Numbered from the stretch's first letter, positions 1-10,770 are shown. The stretch: DNA of 64,000 nucleotides from Rhodothermales bacterium (GCA_965200825.1 OZ241385.1:461276-525275), one strand, 5' to 3'. Program-made: numbers and translations. The notes: generated by a model from the letters alone, not told the origin.

Positions 1-763
1 AAGATACGGGGCCAAGCCATTTGTCCCAATCAAGTGTTTTTCCGGGCTCAAGTTCTGACTCCAGTTCGTAGTAGTTCCATTCGCCCTGGGGAGTATTCCT
101 ATGGTAAGAGTCCTGTGCCAACACCAGCGGTCCTATTCGGCCAGCGCGGATCAGTTCTGCAGCTGCATGCCATTTTCCCTGAGTACAGTACTGTGAGCCA
201 ATTTGAAATTTATGGCCTGTTTCCTTAACCTTATCATAGATCTCAAACCCTTCAGTAAAGTAACGGGTCATGGGTTTTTCGCAGTAGACATGCTTACCTG
301 CATCCAGCGCATCTACCGCAATTTTCGTGTGCCAATGATCAACCGTACCGATGAAAACTGCATCAATATCAGGGTTGTCTAGAATTGCCTGATAGTCCTC
401 ATGAACCTCTACGGCGGCTTCACGGCCAGCTGCCTGGCGTGCAGCATCAAGTGCCTTATGAGCCCGGTCGCGTCGTTTGGAAAACAAATCACAAGCCGCT
501 GCTCCAATAGCATTCAACTGAACGTTATGGCGAGGCCTCCCATTATTCGTTGGATTGGTGACGCTTAACAGGTGAGCATTAAAACCCTGTCCGCCCACAC
601 CTATAAATCCACATACAATTGCGTCATTGGCCCCTAGCACTGAACCAGTTGCGGGTGCCTTGGAACGGGCAGTATTTACACCCTGCAATCCGGCCGCAAC
701 TGCGGCGGTACCGATAGCGGACTTTTTGATAAAGTCACGACGAGAGTTTTGTTTGTCTAGCAT
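1..763 (-). CDS. Gfo/Idh/MocA family oxidoreductase with twin-arginine (TAT) signal; 3' end runs off the window
   Basis: Minus-strand translation from the ATG at 763-761 gives MLDKQNSRRDFIKKSAIGTAAVAAG (SRRxFIK TAT motif), then the Rossmann stretch IVCGFIGVGGQG and EKP motif typical of the family. The six-frame track missed it because no stop lies inside the window. Confidence 0.75.
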   Translation of the reverse strand, partial: MLDKQNSRRDFIKKSAIGTAAVAAGLQGVNTARSKAPATGSVLGANDAIVCGFIGVGGQGFNAHLLSVTNPTNNGRPRHNVQLNAIGAAACDLFSKRRDRAHKALDAARQAAGREAAVEVHEDYQAILDNPDIDAVFIGTVDHWHTKIAVDALDAGKHVYCEKPMTRYFTEGFEIYDKVKETGHKFQIGSQYCTQGKWHAAAELIRAGRIGPLVLAQDSYHRNTPQGEWNYYELESELEPGKTLDWDKWLGPVS

Positions 764-1136
764 GATAAGTTATAATGATAGTTGACAATAATGAATGGAA
801 CCGCTTCCGAAAGCCGAGGCGGGCCCGGTAAGATACAAAAAAAAATTAAAAGAACAGATAGAAGACATGCCAATCAAACCTCTCCGCTTCAAATGGTTGT
901 CAGTTTCTCATCGACATATCATCCGGCATAAATTTTGAGAGGTTTAGTGCTTCGTTATCTGTTTGATGAAGGCTGTTTTTAATGGTTCTCATTATCTTTA
1001 ATGAATTGTGATTGTCTATCTTCATGGATGTCGGTGTTACATATCTTCGGTAGAGCCCTGTCCTCGGAGGGAATACAGACAGCACATACCAACACGTAAT
1101 ATGAAACAATTACGGCTGAATCAGCCTAAAATATAA

Positions 1137-1754
1137 ATGACCAAACTGTCACGGAAAATGATATCTTCTCTGAATTGGAAATCTTTGTCATGCGCACTTT
1201 TCCTGGTTATAATTCTGATAACACCTGTATATGCGCAGATTACAAATTACACCATCGCTCCTGAGAGTAACATATATGTAGACGGAACCTCAAATCAGAC
1301 ACCTGAATGGAGAGTCTATGCAACGGAAATTACTGGTACAGTGAACTTGAATGAAGAGGGCAATGTAGATACCGCACAGATAGTCGTGCCCTCCAAGATG
1401 ATGAAGAGTAAAAAAAGCCCGATTATGGATCGGGGGATGTATGATGCACTTCAGGCAAATGATTTTCCCGAGATTATTTATAAACTTGCTTCGGTTTCGG
1501 ACGTCACCGCCTCCAATGATACCATGTTCACGCTCAATGCAACGGGTAATCTGACGATTGCAGCGGAAACCAAAGAAATCAATCTTCCTGTGGAGGGCAT
1601 CAGGAAGCCGGGTGGTGCAATCCATTTCAGAGGAACACATGAACTCCTGATGACCGATTATGGACTCAAGCCTCCCTCCCTCATGTTTGGGCGTCTCAGA
1701 ACTGGTGATGAACTGGTTATCACCTTTGAGATCGTTGCCGTTCCGGCAGAATAG
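1137..1754 (+). CDS. YceI-like periplasmic polyisoprenoid-binding family protein (signal peptide)
   Basis: 205 aa with an N-terminal hydrophobic signal. Motifs resemble the YceI family (…DFPEIIYKL…; C-terminal GTHELLMTDYGLKPP…ELVITFEIVA). The start could instead be the internal Met at 1158. Confidence 0.5.
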   Translation: MTKLSRKMISSLNWKSLSCALFLVIILITPVYAQITNYTIAPESNIYVDGTSNQTPEWRVYATEITGTVNLNEEGNVDTAQIVVPSKMMKSKKSPIMDRGMYDALQANDFPEIIYKLASVSDVTASNDTMFTLNATGNLTIAAETKEINLPVEGIRKPGGAIHFRGTHELLMTDYGLKPPSLMFGRLRTGDELVITFEIVAVPAE

Positions 1755-1957
1755 ACACTAGAGCTCCAAAAGCTTGCACCTGTTTTTGACCCGGAATATG
1801 ATGATGACCTTGATATCCGGGAAGCCTCGACCGTCATTGGCCGCAGGGACTGTAGACGTTGCGTGATTTTTCAAGGAAATCGTATCAGGTGAATGCCCGG
1901 ATTGTTAGATGGAGTGCTCACTTGTTTCATCTGTATCCACAAGAATTGCGGTAGAGC

Positions 1958-4900
1958 CTATCTTTGAATTGGTGGTGCACCTGTTGCCTCTAGAGCACTG
2001 GTCAGCGCCGGGAGTACCGTTTCTTCAAAGGATGTCAAAGTTGCTTCAAGTTCAATGAGTTGGGTTTCGGCGATCTCCAACGACCGTTCGTGTAAATCCG
2101 TGGGTCCATAGGTGTTCTGTAGGCCACTCATTCCCACAAACAGCCGCGACATGAGTGTGGGTGAATTCCTTTCGCCAAGAGGATTTTTTGATTCATATCC
2201 GGTCAGATTATGATCAATTCCAAGGAGAGTAGTTCGTGCCTTGTGAAGCTCTGTGGTGAGTTCTGCTGAAGGATTTGTTGCCCGAAGATGCGCAGTCTCC
2301 ATGGCTTCGATTAATTCGGTATGATTTTCAAGAGACTCTGAGAATTTACTTGCGCGTTGCATCAGCGAAGCAACTTTTTTGCGATAGGAGTTGATTTCGC
2401 CAGGAGTTTTTCCCTCAAGTGCAGGCGCTCGAAGGGGTTCAACTTCAAATGAAGTAGGCCCGGAAAGAACTGATTCCATCCCATCGCTCACCCGAACTAA
2501 CGTGGCGGTGTAGGTGCCAGGTGTGGCAAGGAATCGGCCTGAGCCGTTATTTTGACTTCCGGGTCTGACTACGCTGGTCGCGGGATATCTTAGATCCCAG
2601 GTCGCTCGATGCATTCCTTTAGACGTGCCGCCAGCAACACGGCCGGCCACCTGGTTTGCTTCATCTCTGATCACGATAAAAACCTTGTCTTCAGTCTCGT
2701 TGAGCTCGGCGTCAAGTGCATCCCAGCCAGGAAAAGGAATATCCTCATCGGGGTCGATCTCCTTTTCTGCTTCCACCCGGGCCTGTTTCAGCGTTTGAGA
2801 GCCTTCACGAAGGTAGTAGGTGAAGTTTGTGCCATAAGGAGGGTTCGGGGCGGCAAAATAGTTAGTCCCCTGAGCAGTTCCTGCGACGTCACGTTCAATA
2901 AACAGCTTGGTTGTGCGCGGTGTGAACAGATGAGCATCCTGAGAGAGCAATTCTTCATTCACGAGCCGGAGGGGGGAGTAGTCGTCAAGAACGAAAAATC
3001 CACGGCCAAATGACGCAGCTATGACGTCATTTTCCCGTCTTTGAATCACAATATCCCGGAATGAAATCGTTGCATCGGATGCAATCTTTGTCCAGTACTT
3101 CCCACCATCAACGGTAAAGTAGATTCCAAATTCAGTCGCAGTAAACAATAAATCAGGGTTCACATGATCTTGTACAATACGCCAAATTAGTGTTCGATCC
3201 GGAAGATTTCCGGCAATGGAAGTCCAGGTACGACCACGATCGATACTTTTGATCAGATAGGGAGACAGATCCCCGAATTTATGATGGTCAAGTGCAGCAT
3301 ATACGACGTCTGCGTTATGCAAGTCGGCATAGAGGTTATTTACGAATGCGCCCGCAGGGATTCCATCAATGTTTCCAACTTCCAGAGTGCGCCAATTTTG
3401 ACCATCGTCTTCTGTAATCTGAATCAGACCATCGTCTGTCCCTACATATAGGAGTCCTGCTTCAAGAGGGGATTCAGCTATAGATGATATAGTATTATAG
3501 ACGGACATGGCATAAAAATCCCATGGATTATTATAGCTCTGGACACGCCCCATGATCGGAAGTTCAATACGTTCCTGATCAAGAGTCAGATCTCCGGAAA
3601 TGGCTTTCCAGCTGTCTCCGCGATCAATTGATTTCCAGACGCGGTAGGATCCAAAGTATAGTGTAGCCGGGTCATGAGGGCTCACAACGATGGGGGCATC
3701 CCAGTTGTAGCGTTCATTTTTTTCACCACTCCCTGCCTGGGGCTGAATCAGAGTTTGTTCGCCGGTAATCAGGTCAACACGATGTAATCGTCCCTGTTGA
3801 GATTGAGCGTAGATAATGTCAGGGTTTCCAGGTTCAACTGCGGATTGGTGTCCATCTCCTCCGAGTGTTTTGAACCAGTCAGCGTTTCGTATTCCGTGTC
3901 GATTATCGGTTCGCGAAGGGCCTCCATGAGATCCGTTATCCTGTGTGCCGCCAAAGATGCGATAGAACGGTTCGGAGTCATCTACGGCAACTTTATAGTA
4001 TTGTGTGATCGGAAGATTGCCGATAAAATCCCATGATTTTGTACCATCATAGGTTTGAAAAAGTCCCCCATCGGTTCCCATGAGAATATAATCCGGATCA
4101 TCCATACGGAAGCCCATTGCATGGTTGTCCACATGTTTATCGGTACCACTCATTCGATAAAATGTACGTCCATGATCATGGGATACCTGCACACGCACAT
4201 CCATGAGATAGATCGTTCCCTCTTGGTGTGGTGAAGCATAGAGTTCCTGATAATAATGGGGACCAGTTGCTCCTGCAACTGCATCCGACATTTTTTCCCA
4301 GGAAGCTCCCCGATCAGAAGACATAAATATTCCGCCGGTTCTCAGATCAAGTTCAATTGCTGCATAAATGATGTCCGGGTTTTGAGGTGAAATCGCCAGG
4401 CCGATTTTTCCAAGGTTTGATTTGGGGATTCCTTTGGTAAGGGGCATCCAGGTGTGTCCACCATCTGTACTTTTATGAAGTCCAGTGCCGGGGCCACCTC
4501 CCATATATGCAGCTACATTCCTATGCCTTTGCCATGTAGCAGCATATAGAACTGAGGGATCTCGAGGATCAATGACCAAATCCGTGACTCCGACCCATTC
4601 ATTATCTCCGAGTTTGTGCTCCCATGACTTACCTCCATCCGTACTCATATAGAGTCCTCGCTCCCCTCCACTATTCCAGAGTGGCCCTTGTGCAGCAACC
4701 CAGATTACGTCACTGTTATCCGGATGAACAATGATTCGCGAAATATGTCGAGATTCCTTGAGCCCCATGTTGTGCCATGTTTCGCCTCCATCATCACTAC
4801 GATAGATACCGTCGCCATAGCCTACGTGTCGGCCGCCGACATTTTCTCCTGTGCCAACCCAAACCGTATGAGGGTTTCGTGGATCCAGAGTGATGGCTCC

Positions 4901-5176
4901 AATAGAGTAAGATCCTTGCCCGTCAAAAAGAGATTTCCAGGTAGTTCCGGCATTGCCAGTTTTCCATACACCGCCACTTCCTACGGCGACATACCACACA
5001 TTGTCATCTTCAGGATGCATTGCAATGTCGGCAATGCGCCCCGATGTGAATGCAGGCCCCACATTGCGTAATTTTATGGCAGAGAAATCTGTCTCATGAA
5101 CCAAGTTGTCTTGAGCGAAAACGGGGGATGTCATGAGAATCCCGATCAGGGAAAGCGTACGAACGAGGTAAGTCAT
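1958..5176 (-). CDS. Secreted BNR/Asp-box (sortilin/Vps10-like) beta-propeller repeat protein
   Basis: 1072 aa with a signal peptide (…SPVFAQ). Many repeats of the S-x-D-x-G-x-T-W type (SDDGGETW, STDGGKSW, STDGGHTW, SIDRGDSW, SIDRGRTW, TVDGGKYW) characteristic of BNR/sortilin double propellers. Confidence 0.6.
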   Translation of the reverse strand: MTYLVRTLSLIGILMTSPVFAQDNLVHETDFSAIKLRNVGPAFTSGRIADIAMHPEDDNVWYVAVGSGGVWKTGNAGTTWKSLFDGQGSYSIGAITLDPRNPHTVWVGTGENVGGRHVGYGDGIYRSDDGGETWHNMGLKESRHISRIIVHPDNSDVIWVAAQGPLWNSGGERGLYMSTDGGKSWEHKLGDNEWVGVTDLVIDPRDPSVLYAATWQRHRNVAAYMGGGPGTGLHKSTDGGHTWMPLTKGIPKSNLGKIGLAISPQNPDIIYAAIELDLRTGGIFMSSDRGASWEKMSDAVAGATGPHYYQELYASPHQEGTIYLMDVRVQVSHDHGRTFYRMSGTDKHVDNHAMGFRMDDPDYILMGTDGGLFQTYDGTKSWDFIGNLPITQYYKVAVDDSEPFYRIFGGTQDNGSHGGPSRTDNRHGIRNADWFKTLGGDGHQSAVEPGNPDIIYAQSQQGRLHRVDLITGEQTLIQPQAGSGEKNERYNWDAPIVVSPHDPATLYFGSYRVWKSIDRGDSWKAISGDLTLDQERIELPIMGRVQSYNNPWDFYAMSVYNTISSIAESPLEAGLLYVGTDDGLIQITEDDGQNWRTLEVGNIDGIPAGAFVNNLYADLHNADVVYAALDHHKFGDLSPYLIKSIDRGRTWTSIAGNLPDRTLIWRIVQDHVNPDLLFTATEFGIYFTVDGGKYWTKIASDATISFRDIVIQRRENDVIAASFGRGFFVLDDYSPLRLVNEELLSQDAHLFTPRTTKLFIERDVAGTAQGTNYFAAPNPPYGTNFTYYLREGSQTLKQARVEAEKEIDPDEDIPFPGWDALDAELNETEDKVFIVIRDEANQVAGRVAGGTSKGMHRATWDLRYPATSVVRPGSQNNGSGRFLATPGTYTATLVRVSDGMESVLSGPTSFEVEPLRAPALEGKTPGEINSYRKKVASLMQRASKFSESLENHTELIEAMETAHLRATNPSAELTTELHKARTTLLGIDHNLTGYESKNPLGERNSPTLMSRLFVGMSGLQNTYGPTDLHERSLEIAETQLIELEATLTSFEETVLPALTSALEATGAPPIQR

Positions 5177-5404
5177 ATGAAATGTTATTTGGAATAAGCC
5201 CGAAAGATAAGATTATGGAACGGGAAATATGGATTATTTCACAAAAAATCGAAAATTCAATAATCCAAAAATGAAGAATGAAGGTGAAAAATGTCTATAG
5301 AATTGCCAATTCCCAGAAGAATGTTTTCCTAGTAGCCAATCATGCACCGGTTGCGGGACGGGTTTCTATGGATCCACTGTCTTCGTCCTTTAGGTTGAGG
5401 TCAA

Positions 5405-6217
5405 TCATCCAATACGCCTGTGGTTCAGACAGGGTAGCCGCTTACGCAGTTGATTCTGATATGCGAAATTCAAGTCGCTGCTGATCACACAGGTTCGATC
5501 TGGTGCCTGTGCAAGAATCTGTCCCCAAGGATCAATGATTACCGAGTGTCCAAAACTTTCCCGCTCGGTATTGTGCCGTCCGAACTGAGCTGGTGCAACC
5601 ACATAGGACAGGTTTTCAATTGCACGTGCCCGAAGAAGTGCAAGCCAATGGTATGCACCAGTTCTCCAAGTGAATGCCGAGGGGACAAAGAGTACCCGCG
5701 CGCCCTGAGCCGTCAATACTCTGTATAATTCTGGAAAGCGCAGGTCGTAGCATACGCTGAGTCCCATTTTTGCTCCCAGAGCTTCAAATGTGACAGGTGT
5801 CTTACCTGGCTTAATGTAACGAGATTCCATAAATGAGTGAGAGTCGTCCAAATGAATATCAAATAGATGGATTTTGTCGTATCGAGTAATAATTTGACCG
5901 TCGGGTCCAAAAACCAGGCAGGTGTTTGTGACTCGATCATTTGCCGACAGGGGTACCGTGCCTCCCAAGATATATATGGAATGTGATTGAGCTAATTTCT
6001 GGAGCAGCTCAACTGCGGGTCCATCATTAAGGTTTTCGACCGCATCGATCTTTTTTCCCTCTCGATCCAGGTATGAAAAATTTTCGGGAAGTGCCACAAG
6101 TTGTGCATTTTGAGAAACTGCTTCTTCAATCAAAAGCTTCGCCTGTGAAAGGTTAGCGTCGATGTTTTGGCCAGAGCACATTTGCACGGCGGCTACTCGT
6201 ATGGAAGAAGGAGACAT
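5405..6217 (-). CDS. Carbon-nitrogen hydrolase (nitrilase/Nit-family amidohydrolase)
   Basis: 270 aa. RVAAVQM…, LVALPE (catalytic Glu region), VCYDLRFPE (catalytic Cys), typical CN_hydrolase spacing. Confidence 0.8.
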   Translation of the reverse strand: MSPSSIRVAAVQMCSGQNIDANLSQAKLLIEEAVSQNAQLVALPENFSYLDREGKKIDAVENLNDGPAVELLQKLAQSHSIYILGGTVPLSANDRVTNTCLVFGPDGQIITRYDKIHLFDIHLDDSHSFMESRYIKPGKTPVTFEALGAKMGLSVCYDLRFPELYRVLTAQGARVLFVPSAFTWRTGAYHWLALLRARAIENLSYVVAPAQFGRHNTERESFGHSVIIDPWGQILAQAPDRTCVISSDLNFAYQNQLRKRLPCLNHRRIG

Positions 6218-6274
6218 GGAGAGAAAATTCAGATGATGTATATTTCGTGTCCAACCAGATACTCCCTTAATTTG

Positions 6275-7135
6275 ATGCGTTTATTTAGTACAATTTTGTT
6301 TGTTGTCATTTTTATACTCGGCTGTGGCAATATGGAAACAGAACAGGCCATGATGGAAGAGCCTGATATCAGTTCACTCACTGCCGTAACTGAAGCACGC
6401 CTCATGGCGACAGAAGGAGGCCAACTCCTGTTACGTGCAATTAATGCTCATGGTGGCTTAGATGCCTGGCACAACGCAGAGACGAGCAGTTATGTTTGGG
6501 GATTTGAAGGTGGCATGAAGGGGAAAATGGTTGCCCATAATCGAACTCGGCAGGTATACCATGATATCATGTTTATGGGGGACGAAGCAGCACCGGATGC
6601 TCAGATGGCCTGGGATGGAACCAATGCCTGGATTTACCCTGATTCCCTTCCCACATCACCACGCTTTATGGCCACTACGGGGTACTATTTTCAGTCAATT
6701 CCCTTTATCCTTGCCGATCCCGGAGTTCGTTATGAGGTATTGACTCCTGCGCTCCTTGATAGCGTAGAGCATCAGATTGTGCGTGCAACGTTTGATGATG
6801 GTGTAGGAGACGCTCCAGGAGATCATTACACGCTCTACATTAATCCCGAAACACACATGGTCAATGCAATTCTGTATCGATCAACATATGGCCGCGGACG
6901 TCCGGAGATCAGCGAAGATATGCTTCAGACGCTTCTATACTACGAGGATTATGTTACAGTTGACGGGTTAACGGTCCCCACTCAATTTGAAGGATATGGA
7001 TTTTCAGGGGGATCGAAAGGTGAAAAATATTATGAGGCCGCATCGAGCGAACATTCTTATACGCAGCCGTTTGATGAAAGCCGGCTTGTTATGCCAGAAG
7101 GTGGCAGGGTAGATCCAATGCCTTCCAGTGAGTAA
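6275..7135 (+). CDS. Hypothetical lipoprotein
   Basis: The track ORF 6167..7135 overlaps the convergent hydrolase. The internal Met at 6275 gives MRLFSTILFVVIFILGC (lipobox LGC). No recognisable catalytic motifs. Confidence 0.4.
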   Translation: MRLFSTILFVVIFILGCGNMETEQAMMEEPDISSLTAVTEARLMATEGGQLLLRAINAHGGLDAWHNAETSSYVWGFEGGMKGKMVAHNRTRQVYHDIMFMGDEAAPDAQMAWDGTNAWIYPDSLPTSPRFMATTGYYFQSIPFILADPGVRYEVLTPALLDSVEHQIVRATFDDGVGDAPGDHYTLYINPETHMVNAILYRSTYGRGRPEISEDMLQTLLYYEDYVTVDGLTVPTQFEGYGFSGGSKGEKYYEAASSEHSYTQPFDESRLVMPEGGRVDPMPSSE

Positions 7136-7185
7136 ATTTGTCCTTTGTGCAGTTTGCATTTGAGTCAAAAGTAAAAACTTGTGTC

Positions 7186-8095
7186 ATGTCAAAAATAGTC
7201 AGCTGTATGGATCGCCGAGAATTTATTACTACTACTGTGGGGGCATTATCGGTTGCAACGGTGCTTCCCGGACGAGTGATTGGTAGAACAAGTCATGTCT
7301 CTCCGAACGATAAAATTCATGTTGCATTGATTGGCTGCGGAACGCAGGGCTTGCGTCAATTGATGAGCGATTGGTTGCCAAGAGATGATATTCATCTGGT
7401 TGCACTTTGTGATCCAAATAAGGATTCGGAGGATTATCGTGACTGGAGTCCACATGGACTCCGCAATGAGGTGCGTCAGTTTTTGAACAACCCAAATTGG
7501 GGATCCGAAACAGGGATTCGAGCCGGCCTCATGGCGGCAAAGGAGGTAGTTGAAGGTCATTATGCAAACAAACGCGGACAGAGTAACTGGCATGGCTTGA
7601 AGCTTTACTCGGATTTTCGAGAAATGCTGGCCGAGTCCGAAGGCATAGATGTCATTATTAATGTGACACCTGAGCACCTTCACGGAGTCATTAATATTGC
7701 CGTAATGAAGGCGGGAAAAGCTGTGGTCTCTCACAAGGTACTTGCCAACACATTGCATGAGGTGCATCAAACTGTACAGGTTGCCAAGGAAACCGGTGTG
7801 ACAAGTCACCTATTGGCGTGGAATAATGATCCCGAACTCTATCAATTGTGGGAGTGGATCGATCTGGGAGTCATTGGTAAAGTAAAGGAGGTACATAATT
7901 GGTCCAATCGCCCTGTGTGGCCACAGGGGTGGCTTGAAACACCCAAGGAGGAAATGGCAATCCCAGATGGCCTAGACTGGAAACTGTGGCTTGGATGTGT
8001 TCCTGATCGACCATATCATATTGATTACACGCATGCTCTTTTTCGAGGATGGTATGAATTTGGGAGCGGCGCTCTGGGAGATATGGGATACTATA
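7186..8095 (+). pseudogene. Gfo/Idh/MocA oxidoreductase (TAT signal), N-terminal fragment, interrupted by IS insertion
   Basis: MSKIVSCMDRREFITTTVGALSVATV (TAT motif), Rossmann HVALIGCGTQG, then …GSGALGDMGYY where the reading frame runs into the IS terminal inverted repeat at 8096. Confidence 0.75.
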
Positions 8096-9723
8096 GAGCC
8101 TCTTGCAAAACCTCTGAGCTCGAAGAACTGAGGGACAAAAGAAGATAGTACTGTTTATTCTTCAGGCCCTGTTTTGTTCCCAAAAAAGGGAAGATTTTCG
8201 ATCAGTTTCCTTGGAAGCCCTGTCTTTTTCGAATTTCGTAGAACATGCGCCTTCATTTCATCTGTTTGGGGGCATAATTCGTACCGATTCCCCCCACCAA
8301 TCCTACGAGTCCCTGATTTCAGAACCCCAAATTTTGATTCTTAAACGCAGATTGAACCCGTTTACTGGATCAATCGGAGCATTTGGTCTACCGTGAGCAC
8401 CACCACGCCAAACATCAGGTGACACCTTACTTTCTCATGTCCACGCACTCGAAGATTGCGTGCGCCAAACTCATCCTTCAACCGTCCAAACGCCCGCTCT
8501 ACGGTAGATCGCTCTTTGTAACGTTCCCGCTCCGCAGGAACGAAATTTGCATGCCGCCGTGCCTTTAGCTCCCGGTCATGCGCCGCTTTTTGATTGCGCG
8601 GATTCTTGTCAATGATCGGAACCCGTCCAGCAGCTCGGCTCTCTGCGTATAGATCCTCTGCGTCATAGGCACTGTCCATGATCTCATACAGATACGCAAC
8701 CTGTTGCTCCGTGATTCGAGACAGTGGAATGGCTGCCTGACTATCATGCATGGACGCAGACGTTACCATACAACTGATAGGAATACCACCATCCGCAGTA
8801 TCCATGTGGAGCTTATATCCAATCCATTTCGTCGTATGCCCCTTTGCATTCCGCTTGCATCCCACGGTACAGTCGTTTGGAAGATCCTCCAACATTTCGT
8901 CTACGTCCATCGTCCGTTGTTTTTCCATGCGACGAAGTTCCTTGGGCCGTTCTTCTCCCTTTTTCGGACGTCCACGCTTTTTCGGGGCAGGGGCAGGAGC
9001 TTCCTTCTTTGGAACCGGTTTCTCTCGGGCCTCAATCGCCGTGGAATCCCGAGAAATATGGCCCACCAACTCTCCGTCATACCCTTCTGCAATCAAGGCC
9101 TCATGAATTCGGTTCGGGAGCTGATTGTGCGCAAACTCTCGGAACGCACGCGAAAACGTGGATTCACTGGGCACGGTCAGATCGCTGGGCCAGCCACAAA
9201 TGGACCGAAGGATCGAATCGGTCAACAGCCGCTCTCGGAGCGCTGACGTCGTCTGGATATTCAAGACCATCTTCGCCATAAAACTCCGCGCAAGACTCGC
9301 GCGATGCGCTTCCGGGCGTCCTCCATATCGACCGGGCAACGAGCGCGGAAGATGATCGTCCACTCGTGCTATTTCAAGCACCATCATCAGCTTCTGGTAC
9401 CGCTTGGGGAGTGAGCCAAACTGCCGTTCCAGCCACGGAAACAATTCTTGCTGGCAACTGATATAAAAGCCTCGTATTTTCTTTTTAAGGGACATGGGAA
9501 CCTCCGTTTTTGTGTTTGGATTTTGATACCCTAAAGATACGAAATCTGGAGGATTCCGTCCCTTATTTTAACTCCGGAATAAGAGTCAATCTGGTATGTT
9601 TCGAGACAGAAAAAAATAATTTGACCAGGTTCCCAAAAGGCGATCTAAATTGCCCGAATTGGATGCGCAGAGGTCGGGAATTTTTCAAAAAATACCCCGA
9701 TCCAGAGGTTTTGCAAGAGGCTC
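8096..9723 (-). mobile_element. Intact insertion sequence, IS4/IS5 superfamily (DDE_Tnp_1-type transposase), about 1628 bp
   Basis: Perfect terminal inverted repeat: 8091-8116 ctatagagcctcttgcaaaacctctg is the exact reverse complement of 9703-9728. Likely structure is a 21-bp IR (gagcctcttgcaaaacctctg) flanked by a 4-bp TATA direct duplication (8092-8095 and 9724-9727). Contains a single transposase ORF. Confidence 0.8.
8362..9495 (-). CDS. DDE transposase (IS4/IS5 superfamily)
   Basis: 377 aa. C-terminal YKERSTVERAFGRLKDEFG matches the Y-x2-R-x3-E-x6-K signature of DDE_Tnp_1 transposases, and there is a basic KKRGRPKK linker. Sits between the inverted repeats. Confidence 0.75.
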   Translation of the reverse strand: MSLKKKIRGFYISCQQELFPWLERQFGSLPKRYQKLMMVLEIARVDDHLPRSLPGRYGGRPEAHRASLARSFMAKMVLNIQTTSALRERLLTDSILRSICGWPSDLTVPSESTFSRAFREFAHNQLPNRIHEALIAEGYDGELVGHISRDSTAIEAREKPVPKKEAPAPAPKKRGRPKKGEERPKELRRMEKQRTMDVDEMLEDLPNDCTVGCKRNAKGHTTKWIGYKLHMDTADGGIPISCMVTSASMHDSQAAIPLSRITEQQVAYLYEIMDSAYDAEDLYAESRAAGRVPIIDKNPRNQKAAHDRELKARRHANFVPAERERYKERSTVERAFGRLKDEFGARNLRVRGHEKVRCHLMFGVVVLTVDQMLRLIQ

Positions 9724-10326
9724 TATAGTTTGTGGAGAACTTATCGGATATTGAATCCGGGGCCAGTGATCAGCGTGCAATCCAATGCAGCGACTGGAGC
9801 GGCCATTGTCAGAAATCAGAGCCAATGGCGGCGCTCGAAGGTTGCATTCCCCACTGCCAGCATGGTTCATTTTGAACACCGAGATGTTGATATTTTCTGG
9901 TATGATGGAGGGATGAAACCACGCATTCCCAAAGGATTGCTGGCATCGGGTGAGGCGCTTCCCATGGAAGGAGCCCTGTATGTAGGAGAACATGGAGTGA
10001 TCATGGGCAACGACTTTCTATCGAAAAGTTTTCGTCTTCTGCCTGAACGTCAAATGATCAATGAGCAAGGATCCATTCCAATTAAGCGACCGGTTGAAGC
10101 GGTGAAAAATTTGACAGATGAGTATGTAGATGCAATTCGAGAGGGAAAACAAAGTCGGGGAAGCTATATTAATGTTGCGAATCTTGCCGAAGCCTGTGCG
10201 CTCGCAAACATATCTCTGCGTACAGATGAACATATCACTTGGGATGCGGTGAATCAGAACATTACAAGCGGCAACGTCCCACAGGAGTACATCACACGTG
10301 AATACCGTGAGGGCTGGTCTGTCTGA
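9724..10326 (+). pseudogene. Gfo/Idh/MocA oxidoreductase, C-terminal fragment (continuation of 7186..8095)
   Basis: Translation LWRTYRILNPGPVISVQSNAA… resembles the C-terminal alpha/beta domain of the family. Both fragments are in the same frame modulo 3, and removing the IS plus one TATA copy (1632 bp = 3x544) restores …GDMGYYSLWRTYRILNPGP…. Confidence 0.7.
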
Positions 10327-10413
10327 ATCTAGGCTCCGGGCATGCTCGATCAATCATTGGTAGCAATGATACCGTCTTGGTAGGCAGGTTGAAATTTTGT
10401 CTGTATTCAATTG

Positions 10414-10770
10414 GGTTCTACTACAATTTGTATGGAATGATTAATTTTGGTTGAACGAACCTTAAACTCATTTTCGAATGCAAAGCAACGTAATCGATTC
10501 CATCATGGAGTACTCCTTTGGGTCATCAGTGTGGAAGAGTCGGGCGTGAACGAAGTCATGAAGATTGCCCAGATGTTTCAGAATCATCTTCACGGGGTTT
10601 GTAACGCGCTTTGTCACCCACAATCCAATGCCAAAGCGGAGCGAATGAATGGAAAATCCAAGAGGTCAAAACGATCGGTAGAGGATACAGGAAATTTGAA
10701 AACTTCAGATCCGCCATCCTCTTCTTCTGCGGTGGCCTAGCGCTTTATCCACAACAATCGTAGTAGTACC
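10414..10770 (+). repeat. Direct repeat copy 1: 3'-terminal fragment of an ISL3-like transposase gene plus its downstream end (frameshifted)
   Basis: About 95% identical to 12696-13049. Encodes …SNAKAERMNGK… matching the ISL3-family C-terminus N-x3-EG-x-NNKIK-x2-KR-x2-YG-x-RNF-x-NFR-x2-IL. Copy 1 has a 1-nt deletion relative to copy 2. Confidence 0.7.

Noticed and set aside
34-228. Plus-strand 64-aa ORF from the track at the window start
   Set aside because: It lies antisense inside a well-supported minus-strand Gfo/Idh/MocA gene (1..763). The real gene was missed only because it lacks an in-window stop.
1945-1972. tagagcct motif resembling the IS inverted-repeat core
   Set aside because: Only 8 bp shared with the IR. 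No second end or transposase nearby. Judged coincidental.
2609-5071. Several 70-134-aa ORFs on the plus strand within the BNR-protein gene region
   Set aside because: Antisense to a 1072-aa ORF with strong repeat signatures. No independent support.
8211-9355. Multiple plus-strand ORFs (61-180 aa) inside the IS
   Set aside because: They are antisense to the 377-aa transposase gene, with low-complexity Arg/Ser-rich translations typical of antisense frames.
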